Positions 1-14,106 of a DNA stretch of 64,000 nt are shown piece after piece; within the stretch, counting starts at the first letter, position 1; every line of letters starts with the position of its first letter. Origin of the DNA: Camelus dromedarius (taxonomy: Eukaryota). Made by a program: the position numbers and the translations under genes. The notes beneath the pieces were generated by a model. That model searched no databases. It was not told the origin of the DNA and saw only the letters and a program-made list of their open reading frames with translations. The stretch spans positions 102,240,001 to 102,304,000 of the forward strand of contig NC_087436.1 in assembly GCF_036321535.1 (NCBI RefSeq), given 5' to 3'.

Positions 1-622
1 GGTTGTTACATGTGCTTTCGACTAGCTATCTACGGATTGAAGATTCCCTTAACCCCTTTCAAGGGTTCATTAATTTGTTAGAGTGGCTCACAGAACTGAA
101 GAAACCAAATTAGTTACTAAACTACAGTTTATTACAAAGGAAATTAAAGGATAGGAATGAACAACCGGATGAATAAATACATAGGGAGAGGTCCTGACCA
201 CAGAAGTTTCTGTCTTGAAAAGTGTGGGGCCAGCATGTGGATATATTTTGATTGGTTCACCAACTGGAAGCTCTCCCATCCCACTCCTTTCAGATTTTTA
301 TGGAGGTTCCATTACCGAGGCGTGACTGATTACGACTGATTAAATCATTACCCATTATTAACTGATTCAACCTCCAGTCTCTGCCGTTCCCAGAAGTTGA
401 GAGGTAAGGACTAAGATTTTCAATCCTCGAACTACAGTTAGTTCCCTTGGCAAGCAGCCTCCCAACTTCAGGGGATTTCCAAAAGTCAGCTCATTAATGT
501 AACAAAAGACAACTTTATCCCTGCTCTCATCACTTATAAAATTCCAAGTGTTTTAGGATCTCTGTGCCAGAAACCAGATAGAAGACCAAATCTGTATTTC
601 TCCTTATAATCATAATATCATA
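1..622 (-). mobile_element. MER21-family (ERVL) LTR, truncated by window start
   Basis: Motifs gagtggctcacagaact, ccaactggaagctctc, ccaaaagtcagctcattaa and gaagaccaaatctgtatttc...cataatatcata match the reverse complement of MER21B/C as recalled. Confidence 0.8.
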
Positions 623-629
623 CATACTG

Positions 630-935
630 TTAAACATAATGAATGTCACCAATAAAATTTTGAAGGAAAAGAGAGTTTCAGAGAAATTCATATAACATGA
701 CTTAATTTATATAAAACTAAATTGTCTGCCTTTGAACCTTATGTCTGTTGTGGTATGCTTATATGCATGATCAAACTGTAAAGAAAAAAATATGACGGCT
801 TCCTATGAAGGGAGTTAATGGATCTGGGACGGGTTCAAAGAGTTCCTCAAAGACACTAATAATATTCTATTCCTTAATTGGAGAGTTTAGTGCATAGATC
901 TTACTTTCATTATTGTTCTGAACTGTATATGTTAC
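630..935 (+). mobile_element. Ancient L1 (L1ME-like) 3' end fragment
   Basis: Degenerate L1M 3'UTR motifs (aatattctattccttaat, ttcattattgttctgaactgtatatg) followed by a TA-rich tail. Confidence 0.5.
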
Positions 936-1090
936 ATATATAATATATGATGCTATATAAATAAACTTCCATAATATATATATCATTTATATATTTATAC
1001 AACATATAGAGAACATATATACACATATATATGTATACCTACACATATATATGTGTATATATGTATATAATGGATATGATACGTATTATA
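936..1090. repeat. Degenerate (TA)n/(TACA)n low-complexity tract
   Basis: Visible directly in sequence. Confidence 0.85.
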
Positions 1091-1359
1091 TTTTCAAAAT
1101 TTTAAAGAAATATTAGGCCAAGAATAACAAAAGAAATATGTCTCCACTAATGACTAATGTTAATCACGTAGGAATTCTGGTAAATAGAAATACAAATTAT
1201 TTATCTTTTGAAGTCAGTGGGGTAGCCAAAATGCTGTTTGCCTTGGATACTCTTTCCATTTCTGAGGGAGGATATGCAGGGCAGAACAATAAACAGACGG
1301 GTAAAATGTAGGTGAGAGAAACATGGTTTTTCAAGAAGAGAAGTGCAGCGTTTAAAAAG

Positions 1360-1520
1360 AGCATAAACTTAAAATCAAGTTGACCTGGTTTCCATCTTCG
1401 CTCACCATCTTCAACACAATATTTAATTTCTCGGTACGTTTCTTTATCTTTAAAATAGGTATAGCAATATACAGTATCACTGAGCGATTGTGAGGATTAA
1501 TTGTAATAACCACCAATACG
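1360..1520 (+). mobile_element. MIR SINE fragment
   Basis: MIR core tttctttatctttaaaataggtata...ttgtgaggattaa. Confidence 0.65.
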
Positions 1521-3692
1521 CTTCTTACACGGTCGAGTCTCAAAGCATGTTATTTCCATCTACCTTCTCTATAATGTGTGAAACAACAATAATAAAAAAG
1601 GTAAAGAGTGATATTTTGATCTCAGTTTGGAAGTATATCCCATAAGAAAAGACTCAAAGAATTTTTTATAGAGGCTTTGAAATAAATTGTTCCTGAGACC
1701 AGAGATCACTGAAAAAGATAGCAAAGATTAGTATTTTTTAGAGATTTAGAACTCCCTTCTAAGGTTGAGTTCTGTTATAAACAATTTGCCAGTTAGAAGT
1801 TCAATTTTTGTGAGTAGATAGCCAAGCTTAGCATTCATCTTCTTAATAACGCAAAAAAAATACTGTGAGAGAAAAGTAATAATTTTTTTTCTTTCTGACG
1901 TTATCTCCCAGAGTAGCCCTTCTAATAAGAATATATCTAAAGATAGACTAAAGCAGGCTGAATTTGACAGTGTCAGATGTCCACATTAATGCAAATAGCT
2001 CTCAAATGACTAACCAAACAAGTCTTTGTGAGCCTAAGTGCTATCTTCTGAGATACATTTGCTTTGTAAATCATGGGATTAAGACCCTGTTTACTTTTCT
2101 GTGGAGGATAACACGAAGAAACCAAAAGGATATACAAATGGCTTGGGACTGTCAACTTAAAGAAACACAGAAAGTCCACTCTGGTATTGCAAAATATGGT
2201 GGAGCTCAAAATTTCATCAGCAGATCTTAATCTCTGACAGGAATTCTAAACTGTCTTTTCTGTAGCCCTTCTGTATTTCCTGATCATTTTTCTAAGTGAC
2301 ATTTATTCCTAGCCCTTGGCACTGATTCTTTTACATTCTCCCCACTTTTCTGCCAACAATCAGCTTGACCCTCTGCTTTCCAATGGAGAATCTGGCTAGT
2401 GAGCTCAAATGTTGTTTTTCTCTAGACTTGACCTTAGAAACCTGCTTTCCTTGAAGGAGGAGACTTCAGCTAATAGTCAGATGACACTTTCCCATTCTCA
2501 TTATTTCAGTGCTCACTCATTTGGAGGTTGTTTGTCCTTTGCAGAATTTCTGTCTCAAAGCTCTCTGGAAGATGTGTTCAGTTTATTTTTGACTCGTACT
2601 TCACTTTCAAGTGGTTTACTCCTGTGTTATTCCTTTAGACCTTGAGTGTCAATCAGGATAACGTTAACGGCCTTAAGAAGATGAGATAAAAACTCAGTCT
2701 TCAGGTGGCATTATTGATATAGCCTTAAATTCAGTGGTCTTAGCAATAGCATTCAAAGAGGGGATCAAATGATCATGATCATGATCAAAAAAAAATGATG
2801 CCAAATATTATAAATGATAGGTAATTGGAACTTAAATTAGTAGTGTTCAAAGGAGAGAAAACAAGAGTTCCCAGGAATACTTAAACTCAAACTTTTTTTT
2901 TGAAAGTTTTAACTTACCAATGAATAAATAACCAAATATTAGTTGTTTTTGTTTTGTTTTATTTTGTTTTCTTTGTTAATATGAGGAATTGAAAAAAAAT
3001 GATGAAAAGGAGAAATAGAAAATGTGATAGATTTCAGCTTGCAAAATCAAATGTCCCGTATCAGGAAGTGCTAGTGACTAGGAAATCTGAGATGGTTTTG
3101 TTTTATGAGACTGATCTTTTTCTAGTGAAAAAAAAAAGCCATGGTATAAGCATGGGATTTGGAGAATTGAAGAACAAAATCTGTAGGACCCTTCATCATT
3201 TGACTCTTCACAGTGTTAGCAATGTGAAAGAATATATCCCATTTGCCCCAAGCTAGACAGTTTTCTGAGTGAACAAGGATGAAGGTGAAATCTCATGTCA
3301 CTCCAGACACTTTTAGACCATTCAAGAGGAACTAAAAATATCTCAAAATCTTCCCCTGCATTACAAAGGTACATTGCAGCCTCCAGCAAGAGACTATTTC
3401 AGCCGTTTCAAGGGCATAAATATGTAGTTGATTAAGTAAGAACAGATGGAAAATTCACTAACTCCACTGATTCTTTATAACAGGGTGACTCCAAATATGC
3501 TCAAATGAATTTGAAGCAGAACTTCCATTTTTTTTTACCTCCTTAACTGTTTCAGTCTATGCAAGAATGGAAAACAATAAAATTAAATTGATGTGTCCTG
3601 TAGAAATCTGTGGCTTCCGATGAAAATTCTTGATTACAGCATTTTACAAATTTCATTAAATATAATAAACTGTTACTTATATATAAAAGAAC

Positions 3693-4181
3693 TGTGGTGG
3701 AGAGGGTAATGGCCTTTTAATGATGTTTCTGATTTGTGAATAAGTTACCTAAAGTGGCAAAGGAGAATTAAATTTACAGATAGAATTAAATTTGCTAATC
3801 AGCTGACCTTAAAATAAGGAGAATATTTTGGACTATGTAACCGGGCCCAGTGTAGCCCAAGGATCCTTAAAATTGGAAAAGAGAGGTAGAAGAGGAGGTC
3901 AGATTAATAAGATGTAAGAACTGAATCTGCTGTCGGGAACATTGAAGGTAAAGGAAGGGAGCCATAAGCCAAGGAATATTGACAGCCTCTGGAAGCTTGA
4001 AAGGGCAAAGAAACAGATTTTCTCAAGAGCCTCTGGAAAGAACTCAGCCCTGTTGGCACCTTGATTTTAGGCCAGTGAGACTTCTGACCTATAACTCTGT
4101 AAAACAATAAATCTGTGTGTCATCACCAAGTGTATGGTAATTTGTTACAGCAAACTGTTACAGCAATAGGACACTAATACC
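3693..4181 (+). mobile_element. MLT1D-like MaLR solo LTR
   Basis: Starts tgtggt; gctaatcagctgaccttaaaata, agccaaggaat...gcctctggaagct, aataaa; ends gttacagcaataggacactaatac. Confidence 0.85.
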
Positions 4182-4324
4182 GAATCTTTATGTGTTTTAT
4201 TTTAATGTCATTGGTTTGTTTACAAAGAATAAATTAGGTTATATCTGAACCTAAATCTGAAACAAACCCAGATTGTGCTGGGGTGATATTTATTTAATCA
4301 AATGTACCTTTTCAAGACATTTAT

Positions 4325-4450
4325 CTATACATTCTGTCAGTCATAAATTGATTGAGCACCCACTGTGAGCCAGGAATTATGGAAGACATTCTGGATACAA
4401 AAATGAAAAATATATTCACAGTACCCTCCTTCTTGAAAGCTAGAATTCTA
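4325..4450 (-). mobile_element. L2 LINE 3' end fragment
   Basis: attgattgagcacccactgtgagccagg is the reverse-strand L2 terminus. Confidence 0.6.
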
Positions 4451-4454
4451 CCTT

Positions 4455-4870
4455 TCTTTCAACTATTGAGAAAGATGCTGTCACAAATATGCCCCAAAAT
4501 ATTACAGACTTAAATGTTGAAGTCAATGTCTTATGCTTGCAAATTGAGTACAGATTGGATAACCATCCTGCCTATTCCTCTCCAGGTTGTCATTCAACGA
4601 TCCAGGCCTTTTCCATTCTGTGACTCCATCATCAGGGAGTTTTCAGTTCCAGCTATTGGTGATGGGAGAGAAAGAAAGCATGGCCGATCTCATGACTGAT
4701 TTTCGGGGCCAGGCTTGGAAGTGACACACATAATTCTGGGTACATTCTGTTGGCATAAGCTTAGTAGTGTGGCCACAACTAGCCACAAGAAATGCTAGGT
4801 AAAATAGTCATCTCGTAGACCCTGGAGGAGAAAATGGGATTGGGGAGCACGTTGCTGGAATTAGCTACGG
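4455..4870 (-). mobile_element. Old MaLR LTR (MLT1J/K-like)
   Basis: ccaggcttggaagtgacacaca, acattctgttggc, agtgtggccacaactagccacaag motifs. Confidence 0.7.
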
Positions 4871-6229
4871 TCTTCTCTTGTAGGTTGGATTCTCTATTCT
4901 TTTCAGAAGTGGAATATATGCACCTCCTCCCCAAGTGGGCAGATCCAAAGTCTCTGCACTTATTGCAAACAACTCAAATTTCAGATCTACAGTAGCATTC
5001 AGTCCCCTCCATTTATTAAATGACCCTAAACCATGAGACAAGATGTATCTATCCCACATTTCTCCCAATAGTAGAAAAGTTACAGTTTAACTACAGTCAA
5101 CACTCATATTTATATGGAAAAGAAATGGAGACAATTATGTCCACCTATTGTTGAATATTTAAATTCTTTGATATAGTTTTTTATGGACATTTACAGCTAG
5201 AACATCACATTAAAAAATATGAACCTACAAGATGGTGTTAAATATCACAGCTATTGAAGAGACAAATATGGCTATAGAGGCTTAAAAATGTCCACATGGT
5301 CATTAAAAACATCATATTTTTTTTCTACTTCCATTTATTTTAATTAGTTTCGTGCTATTGCAGGCTGATATTAGGAGGTCAATAATATTCACATCACACA
5401 AATATCTATATACAAAACTTGTTAATATAATGTGCAGTATAAGTCGATTGTGAAGTTAATTTGGATAGGTGAGAAAAATGCAAATTGAGATAACTAAATA
5501 TCTTCATAAAATTCATAAGATTAGAAATATTTTTAAGAGAATAACCTGATTCTGGCTTTTTCTAAGTTCTTCTAAACAAAGGGAGTATAGAAAACCAAAG
5601 TTTTATTTAATTTTGTGTATGATTTGCCCACATGTCTCTGCCTTTAGAAATCTCCTAAATGAAGTTTAGAATAATTGTATTATGATTACATTGTTATAAT
5701 GCTTCTTATCATACTATTTTAATATTTTGTTAGTGTTCAATATTTACATTTATTTACATATTTAATATTCCTGTTATATTTCATGCATAACCTTCTTTAC
5801 ATCACATAAATAGGAATATATACTATTTATAGAGGCAAGTGAGATTGAAAGTGTGTTTAAAGAAATATGGAAATTGCTTAAAGTGGCTTTTAATCCTTTT
5901 AGGCCAAAGATCATATACTTACTAGGTATCAGAAAAGAGTCAAACCCAAGTTTGTTTGCCTTTGATGCATATGACGTTCTTTTTATAATTCCAGCCTGCC
6001 TGGGCAAAACCTTTCAACATTGGTTCTTGAAGAATGAAAGTCTAACACTTACAGAAAATCAGTACTTCCAGATTCTTGTATACATTTATAATTAGGATGT
6101 CTCTGTTAATAACTCTCAAATCACATTTGAGATTAAATATATGTTCTGAATGTGTCTTTGGCTCAACTGTCATTTTTTTCCCTTTCTCCCCAAAGACCAC
6201 AGCAAGTACATTCTTTTCTTAGAAGTTTT

Positions 6230-6545
6230 CCTCCCTGCTTCTTTCATCCTAAAGGCTCATTTTCCAGAGTTTTGTGTGCCTACTTGGTGCTCACTTTTCT
6301 GGCCTTCATTAATTTCTCCTTGAAGAGATTTCACCTGACCTCTCTGACCATTACTTCTCTATTCACATTTTATTTACTTTGTGGGAAAAATTATCTATAT
6401 GTGCTCATATTTTTATTTAGTCATCTACCTACCTACCTATCGAATTTTCCCCACAACTAGGATACAAAAACTATGAGGAAAAATCTTTATTTTTTTCTCC
6501 TATATCCCAAGAGTATAGAACAGTCAAATTATATTTATTTAATGT
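6230..6545 (+). mobile_element. L2 3' end fragment
   Basis: ccccacaactaggatacaaaaactatgagg...tatatcccaagagtatagaacagt. Confidence 0.5.
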
Positions 6546-8149
6546 AGGAAATTTGCACAGATAGAAAACAGAGATTGCAATAAATTTCAGAAGTTCATTG
6601 AGTGAATGACTACTGTGATAGGTATTCAGTCCTATCTGGCTCTAAATTCGCCTCCGTTTGTTCTTTCACTGACTTCCTAAAAGTTTGTTTTCAGATTATT
6701 TTAGATAAGGCATATTGATTTTGTATTTCACCCAAAGAGAACTGCTGTGTATACAGGAAGGAATGTTTTCCATATCAAGTAGGCTACTGTTATGAATACA
6801 CACACACACATACACACACACAGCTGATGTTATAGAGGAGATTCTGTGTTGTTCTCTTTTTAAAGGATTTATGCTTGATTATCAAAAAGTATAGTGAAAA
6901 TTTTTTCTTTAAAATTTCATACAAGACACATGTTTAAAAATAGTCATTTAGTTGAGTCAGTCACTCTGAATAAAATTTTCATATAGATAATGTGGTTGGT
7001 AAGTGGTAGTGAGCATCAGAGGCTTGCAAACATGACAGTTTAATACATTCATATAATGAAAATTCTCTTTCAGTCGTTTTATTTTCGTATCTCCTCTTGT
7101 TCTTACCATTTTTGTCATTTAATCTTTAAAGCTTCTTGTGATATAGTGCCTCAGGATATGATTTTCTCTTCTATAAATAAATGATGCCCAGCCTAAAGTG
7201 ATGAACTATTGAGTAAGTGAAAAGAGAGATGATAGATCATTTTGAATCTTAAAAATGCTGGCAGCAAATAAAATATATGTTATTAAGAAAAAATTAGTCC
7301 TATAGGAAGTATAATTGCTCTAGAATAAAACTTGAAATTAGCAAAAAGCATTTTTAATTATCAAAATATTTATTAAGTTTTGTCAAAACGTGGTACACAA
7401 AATAATAAATATTTTCTTTCAGTATGACACAAGAATTGCAAAAGGCACTACTGGGAAAATAAAACTACAACTACAAATAATCATAATTATAACAATAATA
7501 TAATAATGTGCAAAGACAGTATGTTACATAAAATATAATTTAAGAGTTGAATGACAATGGGAATTTGAGCAGATATTTGTTTGATTAAAGGCAACCTCTA
7601 CCATCACTGTAGGTTTTTGAAATTGTAGTAAGTGTTTAGAGTGCTTTCATGAGTTTTACCACCATGTTTTGGAATCATATAATTGTGAACATGTAAATCA
7701 TAGAAATAGGTAATCAGTCACAAAAATACAAAGTAGAATATTCCTTTTTTTGTGCAGGTTTTGGCTGAAAGCAGTGAAATGTTTTGCTGAAATTTTTAAA
7801 CTATTTTCTGGTTTTCTCAAATCTTTATTACCGTTTTAAATAGAAAAGAAAATACTCCAATTAATTTTAAACTATAAAGAATTTAATGTTCTTTCAAAAT
7901 GCATTATCACTATCCACAGCAGGTCTCCAGATTCCTTTCTGGCTGCAGTGTTCTGGGTACCAGGTAACATATTGAACAGAAATTTAAAAGCATAGCTTTC
8001 TTAGCAAAAAAATGCTGAAAACATGGGTTTATATCCAAAATCTATGTATCAACTTATATTTCTTTAATTGCAAGTATTTCTTCTAACAGCCTTGCTTCAA
8101 ATTGATCTCCATCTGATCTCCAATAGTGCTTTAGCTTCAAATTGTTTGT

Positions 8150-8592
8150 TCTCTTATTTTTTCCTGTTCTGACATGTGTTTTTCCCGCTCTGACATGTGT
8201 TTTTCCCAAAGCCATCAAGCAATTAACTCAATTCTGACACTGTCTTCCTTAAGATAGTATCAGATCCCACAGGTTAAGGGTTCATTTCCACAAGACTACT
8301 CCCACTTCATACACCAATTTTAAGTCCAGTTTCTCACCTGTGCTTCTGACCAAATGCCTATAAAATCATAGATTCCCAAAAACCCTTCACAGGTTCAATT
8401 AATTTTCTAGACTAGCTCACAGAACTCAGAGAAACCATTTAATTACTAGATTACCAGTTTATTATAAAATAATATAACTCAGGAAAAGCCAGATGGAGGA
8501 GATGCAAAGGCAAGGCATGTGGGAGAAGCTCAGGGCTTCCCTGCTCTCTCTCTTCTGCTGTGCCATTCTTCCTGCTTATCCATGAGTTCCAG
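8150..8592 (-). mobile_element. MER21-family LTR, partial
   Basis: aattcaattctgacact-like, tcagatcccacaggttaaggg and gctcacagaactcagagaaac motifs; homologous to the element at 1-622. Confidence 0.8.
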
Positions 8593-8893
8593 GAGAAGCT
8601 GTTGTGTTGTCCTTTCCTGTTTCGAGAAACCATCTGTATTCCTTGGCTCTTGACTCCCTTTCTTTCTTCAAGGCCAGCGCCAGCAGACTGAGTCGTCTCA
8701 TATCACATCACTCTGACCTTACTGGGCATACCTACAGAATCCAGGATAATCTCCCAGCTTTTAAGTCAGGTGCTCATCAACTTTAATTCTATCTGCAAAC
8801 TTAATTCCCCTTTGCCATGTAAGGTAACATAATCATACCCTTCAGGAATTTGGCTGTGGACATCTCTAGGGAACCGTTATTTTGTCTACCATA
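8593..8893 (-). mobile_element. MLT1D-like MaLR LTR, partial (joined to MER21, probably by deletion)
   Basis: ttccttggctc, cttcaaggccagc, atccaggataatctccc, aacttaattcccctttgccatgtaaggtaacata. Confidence 0.8.
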
Positions 8894-9500
8894 ACACTGA
8901 CAATGAGTGCTTGATAATAGGTCTACTTACCACATTACACTGTACTTCATAAAGATGGTCTGAGCCACATTGTTTAAAGTTGATGGAGAAGACAGTGCTA
9001 TGTGCTTGACATCATTTACTTTATTATTTTTGTTTTTTTTTATAGGAGTATATTCAGTTTACAATGTTGTGTCTATTTCTGGTGTACAGAGTAATAGTTC
9101 AGTCGTACATATACAAACAATACATTTGTTTCATATTCTTTTTCATTATAGGTTACGACAAGATATTGAATATAGTTCCCTGTGCTATACAGTATAAACT
9201 TGTTGTTTATCTATTTTATATATAGTAGTCAGTATTTGTGAATCTCAAACTGCCAATTTATCCCTTTCCACCCTCTTCCCCTCTGGTAATCATAAGTTTG
9301 TTTTCTATGTCTGTGAGTCTGTTTCTGTTTTGTGAATTAGTTCATTTGCCTTTTTTTTTTTTTTTTGATTCCATATATAAGTGATACATGGCATTTTTCT
9401 TTCTCTTTCTGGCTTACTTCACTTACAATGACAATCTCCAGGTCCATCCATGATCCTGCAAATAGCATTTTTAAATTATTTTTTATGGCTGAGTAGTATT

Positions 9501-9503
<3 letters not shown>

Positions 9504-9562
<59 letters not shown>
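9504..9562. repeat. (TG)n microsatellite inside L1
   Basis: Visible directly in sequence. Confidence 0.95.
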
Positions 9563-9563
<1 letters not shown>

Positions 9564-10575
9564 ACCACAACTTCTTTATCCAGTCATCTGTCAATGAACA
9601 TTTACATTGTGACCATGTCTTGGCTATTGTAAATAGTGCTGCTATGAAAATTGGAGTGCATGTATCTTTTTTAATTAAAGTTCCCTCCAAATATATGCCC
9701 AGGAGTGGGACTTCAGGATCATATGGTAAGTTTAATTTTAGTCTTTTGTGGAATCTCCATACTATTTTCCATAATGCCTGCACCAAACTACATTCCCACC
9801 AGCAGTGTAGAAGTGTTCCCTTTTATCCACACCCTCTCCAGCATTTATCATTTGTGGACTTTTGAATGATGGCCATTCTGACTGGTGTGCGGTGATATCT
9901 CATTGTAGTTTTGATTTGCATTTCTCTGATAATTAGTGATAGTGAGCATTTTTTTTATGTACCTATTGGCCATTTATCTGTCTTCATTAGACAATTGATT
10001 GTTTACATCTCTTCTGTCCATTTTCGGAATGGGTTGTTTGCTTCTTTTTTCTTATTAAGTTGTATGAGCTGTTTATGTATTCTGGAAATTAAGCTCTTGT
10101 CAGTCTTATCTTTTGCAAACATTTTCTCCCATTCTATAGGTTGTCTTTCTGTTTTGATTAAGGTTTCCTTTGCTGTGCAAAATCTTGTAAGTTTAACTAG
10201 ATCCCATTTGTTTATTTTTACTTTTTTTTTATTGCCTGAGTAGATTCAACTAAGAAAACATTGCTAAGACTTATGTCAGACTGTTTTGTCTATGTTTTCT
10301 TCTAGAAGGTTTATAGTGCCTTGTCTTATGTTTAAGTCCTAAGCCACTTTGAGTTTATTTTTGTGTATGATGTTAGGGAATGTTCTAACTACATTGATTT
10401 ACATGCAGTTGTCCAATTTTCCCAACACCATTTGCTGAAGACTCTGTCTTTTTCTCCATTGTATATTCTTGCTTCCTTTGTCAAACATTAATTGACCAAG
10501 AGTCTGTGAGCTTATTTCTGGGCTCTCTATTCTGTTCCATTGATCCATACGTCTGTCTTGTACCAATACCATGCT

Positions 10576-10790
10576 TTTTTTTATTGGAGTATAGTCAAGT
10601 ACAATGTGTCAGTTTCTGGTGTACAGCAAAATGTCCCAGTCATGCATATACATACATATATTCATTTTCATATTCTTTTTCATTACAGTTTATTTCAAGA
10701 TATTAAATATAGTTCTCTGTGCTATACAGAAGACAGTTGAGTTTTTTAATCATTTTTTTATCTGTTTACTCTAGCTCTATAGTATTTTTT
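10576..10790 (-). mobile_element. Short L1 3'-end copy nested in the same orientation within the larger L1
   Basis: Interrupts gtaccaataccatgc|...ttgattactgt and repeats the 3'UTR seen at ~9035-9200 (tttctggtgtacag, catattctttttcatta, tgtgctatacag). Confidence 0.8.
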
Positions 10791-11235
10791 TTTGTTTGTT
10801 TGATTACTGTGGCTCTGTAGTATGATCTGAAGTCTGGAAGGGTTATTCCTCCAGCTTCCTTCTTTTTCTTCAGCATTGTTTTGGCAATTCTGAGTCTTTG
10901 TGATTTCATATAAATTTTAGGATTACTTCTTCTAGTCCTGTGAAAAATGCCCTGGGTAATTTGATAGGGATCACATTAAATCTGTAGATTATTTTGGGTA
11001 GTGTGGCCATTTTAACAATATTAATTCTTCCAATCCAAGGTCATAGTATATCTTTCAATTTATTTAAGTCATCTTTAATTTCCTTAGTCAATGTTTTGTA
11101 GTTCTCTGTGTATAAGTCTTTCACTTCCTTGATCAGATTTACTATTTATTTTAAAGTTGGAACAAAGGAATAAAAAATGGTTGTAGCAAAATAAATTGGC
11201 CAGTATATTATTTTGAATTTCCAGATACTGACTGC

Positions 11236-12400
11236 TTTTTTTTTGACTTGAATTTTTAACATCATTTTAAGTTTACAATAAAATTCAGAGAAAGGTACAC
11301 AGATTTCCTATATACCCTCACCTTCATACATGCATAGCCTCCCTGATCATCAACATTACTCACCCAAAATTGTACATTTTTACCAGGGATGAACCTACAT
11401 TTACACATCATAATCATCCTAAACCTATAGTTTACTTAAGGATTCACTCTTGGTGCTGCACATTCAATGGGTCTGAACAAATGCCTTATGACATGTATCA
11501 ATCATTATAATATCAGGCATAGTATTTTCACTTTTCTAAAAGTACTCTGTGTTCTGCCTATTCATAATCTCTAGTCCAGCAACCACTGGTCTTTTTATTG
11601 TTTCCATAGTGGAACCATTTCCAGAATGTCATATAGTTGGAATCATACAGTAGTCTTCTCAAACTGGTTTCTTTAATTTAGTAATATGTAGTTAGGGATC
11701 CTCCATGTTTTTTCATGGCTTAGTAGCTCATTTCCTTGTACCACTGAATAATATTACATTGTCTGGATGTACCATACTTAATCACCAACTGAAGGACATG
11801 TTGGTTGCTTCAAATTTTTGGCAATTATGAATAATGCTGCTATAAACATCCATGTGCAGGGATATAAACATAAGTTTTCAAATCATTTGTGCAAATACCA
11901 AGGGGCTTGCTTGTAGAGTCATATAGTAAAGGTGTGTTTAGTTTTGTAAGAAACAACCAAAGTGTCTTCCATATTGGCTGTACCATTTTGCATCACCATC
12001 AGCAAAGTATGAGAGTTCCTGTTATTCCACAGCATAGCCATCATTTGGTGTTGCCAGTGTTTTGGATTTTGGTCACTCTAATAGGTTTATAGCTGTATCT
12101 CATTGTTTTAATTTGCATTTCTCTGATCAAATATGATGTGCTCTCCCAGTCTGTGAAGTGGGAGATCCCAGACTGGGGTGTGATTCTCCCAGGATACTTC
12201 CTCCCAGTTTAAAGCTTGTCTTCTTATTCTCTTGACATTGTCTTTCACAGAGCATAAATTTATAATTTAATGAAATTTACCTCATAATTTACTGTTTTCG
12301 TGGATCTTTTTTATGTGTGTTGTATCTAAAAAATCATCACCATACTCTGATATGATTTACATTTTCTCCTATGTTATCTTCAGAGTACTGATCATTTCAT
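11236..12400 (-). mobile_element. L1MC1/2-like 3' end
   Basis: aaggtacacagatttcctatatacc, gatgaacctacatt, ttcactcttggtg motifs recalled from the L1MC 3'UTR. Confidence 0.8.
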
Positions 12401-12870
12401 GCGTATGAGAAAGCTACACAAAGCTCATGGAAACAATCATCAAAAAGGAATAGGTAGAACCAACCCAACAGTGGGGAGTAATTCATGTCCTCAGCATAAA
12501 CAGTGAAAAAAATCACAATTAATGAGGCATTGGATAATCAGGAAGGTCTTGTCTTTTTAGGGGGTATAATTTGTTCTAAACCAAAGCTTCTCTGGTTCCA
12601 CTAACAAAGCTCAGAACATAGTCTTAGAAGGACCAAACTACTTCCAAGTAAATTAACTGCAATCCAGAACAAACAATGGTATTTATAGGAGTATAAAATA
12701 TAAAGTGTTCAATAGATAAAATTCATAATTTCTGATATCCAATCAATAATTATTATACATGTCAAGAAGCAGGAAAATACAGCCCAAAATAAAGAGAAAA
12801 ACAATTAATCAAAAATGATGCAGAACTAGCACAGATATTAGAAAGAGTAGAAAAGTATATAAAAATAATT

Positions 12871-13030
12871 GGGAGGAAGGTATAGTACAGTGGTAAACTG
12901 CATGTTTAGCATTCTAGAGTTCCTGGATTCAATCCACAGTACCTCTGTTAAAAAAATTAAATTAATGAAAAATAAATAAATACATATATAAGTGAACTTA
13001 ATTACCCCCAAAAGCAAACTAAACATACAA
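12871..13030 (+). mobile_element. Camelid tRNA-derived SINE (Vic-1-like)
   Basis: ggaaggtatagtacagtggtaaa...cctggattcaatccacagtacctc with A/B-box-like motifs, A-rich tail, approximate TSD aaaaataat/aaaaacaat; homologous to 61152-61317. Confidence 0.8.
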
Positions 13031-13874
13031 AAACAATCATCATAACTACATCCTAAATGTTCTAAAAGCTAGAGGAAAGACTGAAAATATGAAGTAGAGA
13101 CATAGAAGGTATAAAAGAAGCCCAAATTGAGTTTCTAGAAATAAAATAATCAACACAGTATCTGAAATAAAAAATTAATTGGATAGTATCAGTAGCAGAC
13201 AACAAATTGCAGAAAAGAAGATTAATGAATCAAATGACACACCAATAGTAATCTCTAAATGAAATGCAAAGAGAAAAAATACTTTAATAAAATAAATAAA
13301 ATTCAATAATTAAAAAAATAATAGAATATCTGAGCATTAGAGAAGTAATCTAAGTTCAAGCGACCTGATACATGTGTAATTTGAATCTCCAAAGTAGAGG
13401 AGTGAGAGTGTGACAAAAACAAAAACAAAAAAAAAGAAAGATATTGACTCAAACTTTTCTAAGCTTTCTTAAAAATATAAACCCACAGATCCAAGAATCA
13501 GAAAACTCCAAGCATAGGAAACAAAAAGAAAACTACATGAAAGTGATATAAAGAAATGGCTTAAACCAGTAAAAAAGAGGCATTTTTAAAGGAACCACAG
13601 AAAAAAGACATATTCAGAACAATAAAGATTAGGACAACAGACTTTTCATTAGGTAAAATGCATGTCAAAAGACATTGATCTTGAAAAGTATAAAGAACTT
13701 GAAAGTACAAGTTGGAGGAATTCCTTTCACATAGGAGGAAAGTAATAACATAAAAATCTGTATTTTGCAAAGCAATGAAGAACACCAAAAAAGGTAACAA
13801 TATATATAAACATTACACTTATTTTTCATATTTTAAAGTATTTTAAGCTGATAATTGAAACTTTGAAGCAAATA

Positions 13875-14106
13875 CAGCTGACCGTTGAACAATCCAGAGG
13901 TCGGGGGCACCCACCTTCCATGCAGTTGAAAATCCACCTATAACTTACAGTCAGCCCTCTATGGCCATGATTCCTCCATATCCATGGTTCAGCACCTGTG
14001 AATTCAAAAAACCACAGATCATGTAGTGTTATACTATTTACTATGAAAAAATCCACATATAAGTAGATGCACACAGTTTAAACCTATGTTGTTCAAAGGT
14101 CAACTG
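13875..14106. mobile_element. Tigger2-derived MITE (MER8-like)
   Basis: TIRs cagctgaccgttgaacaa...ttgttcaaaggtcaactg flanked by TA target duplications. Confidence 0.85.

Larger units (their letters stand above)
9025..11145 (-). mobile_element. 5'-truncated lineage-specific L1 (3'UTR plus ORF2 C-terminal part)
   Basis: Poly-T head; ORF 9337..9786 (-) translates to L1 ORF2p C-terminus ([41 protein letters not shown]); multiple stops. Confidence 0.95.

Noticed and set aside
8168..8207. Tandem duplication of tctgacatgtgtttttccc
   Set aside because: Ordinary slippage duplication at an LTR edge; not a CRISPR-like or functional array.
9337..10243. Longest ORFs in the track (149, 119, 110 aa)
   Set aside because: L1 ORF2 remnant and its antisense frames, extended by a (TG)n microsatellite; not host genes.
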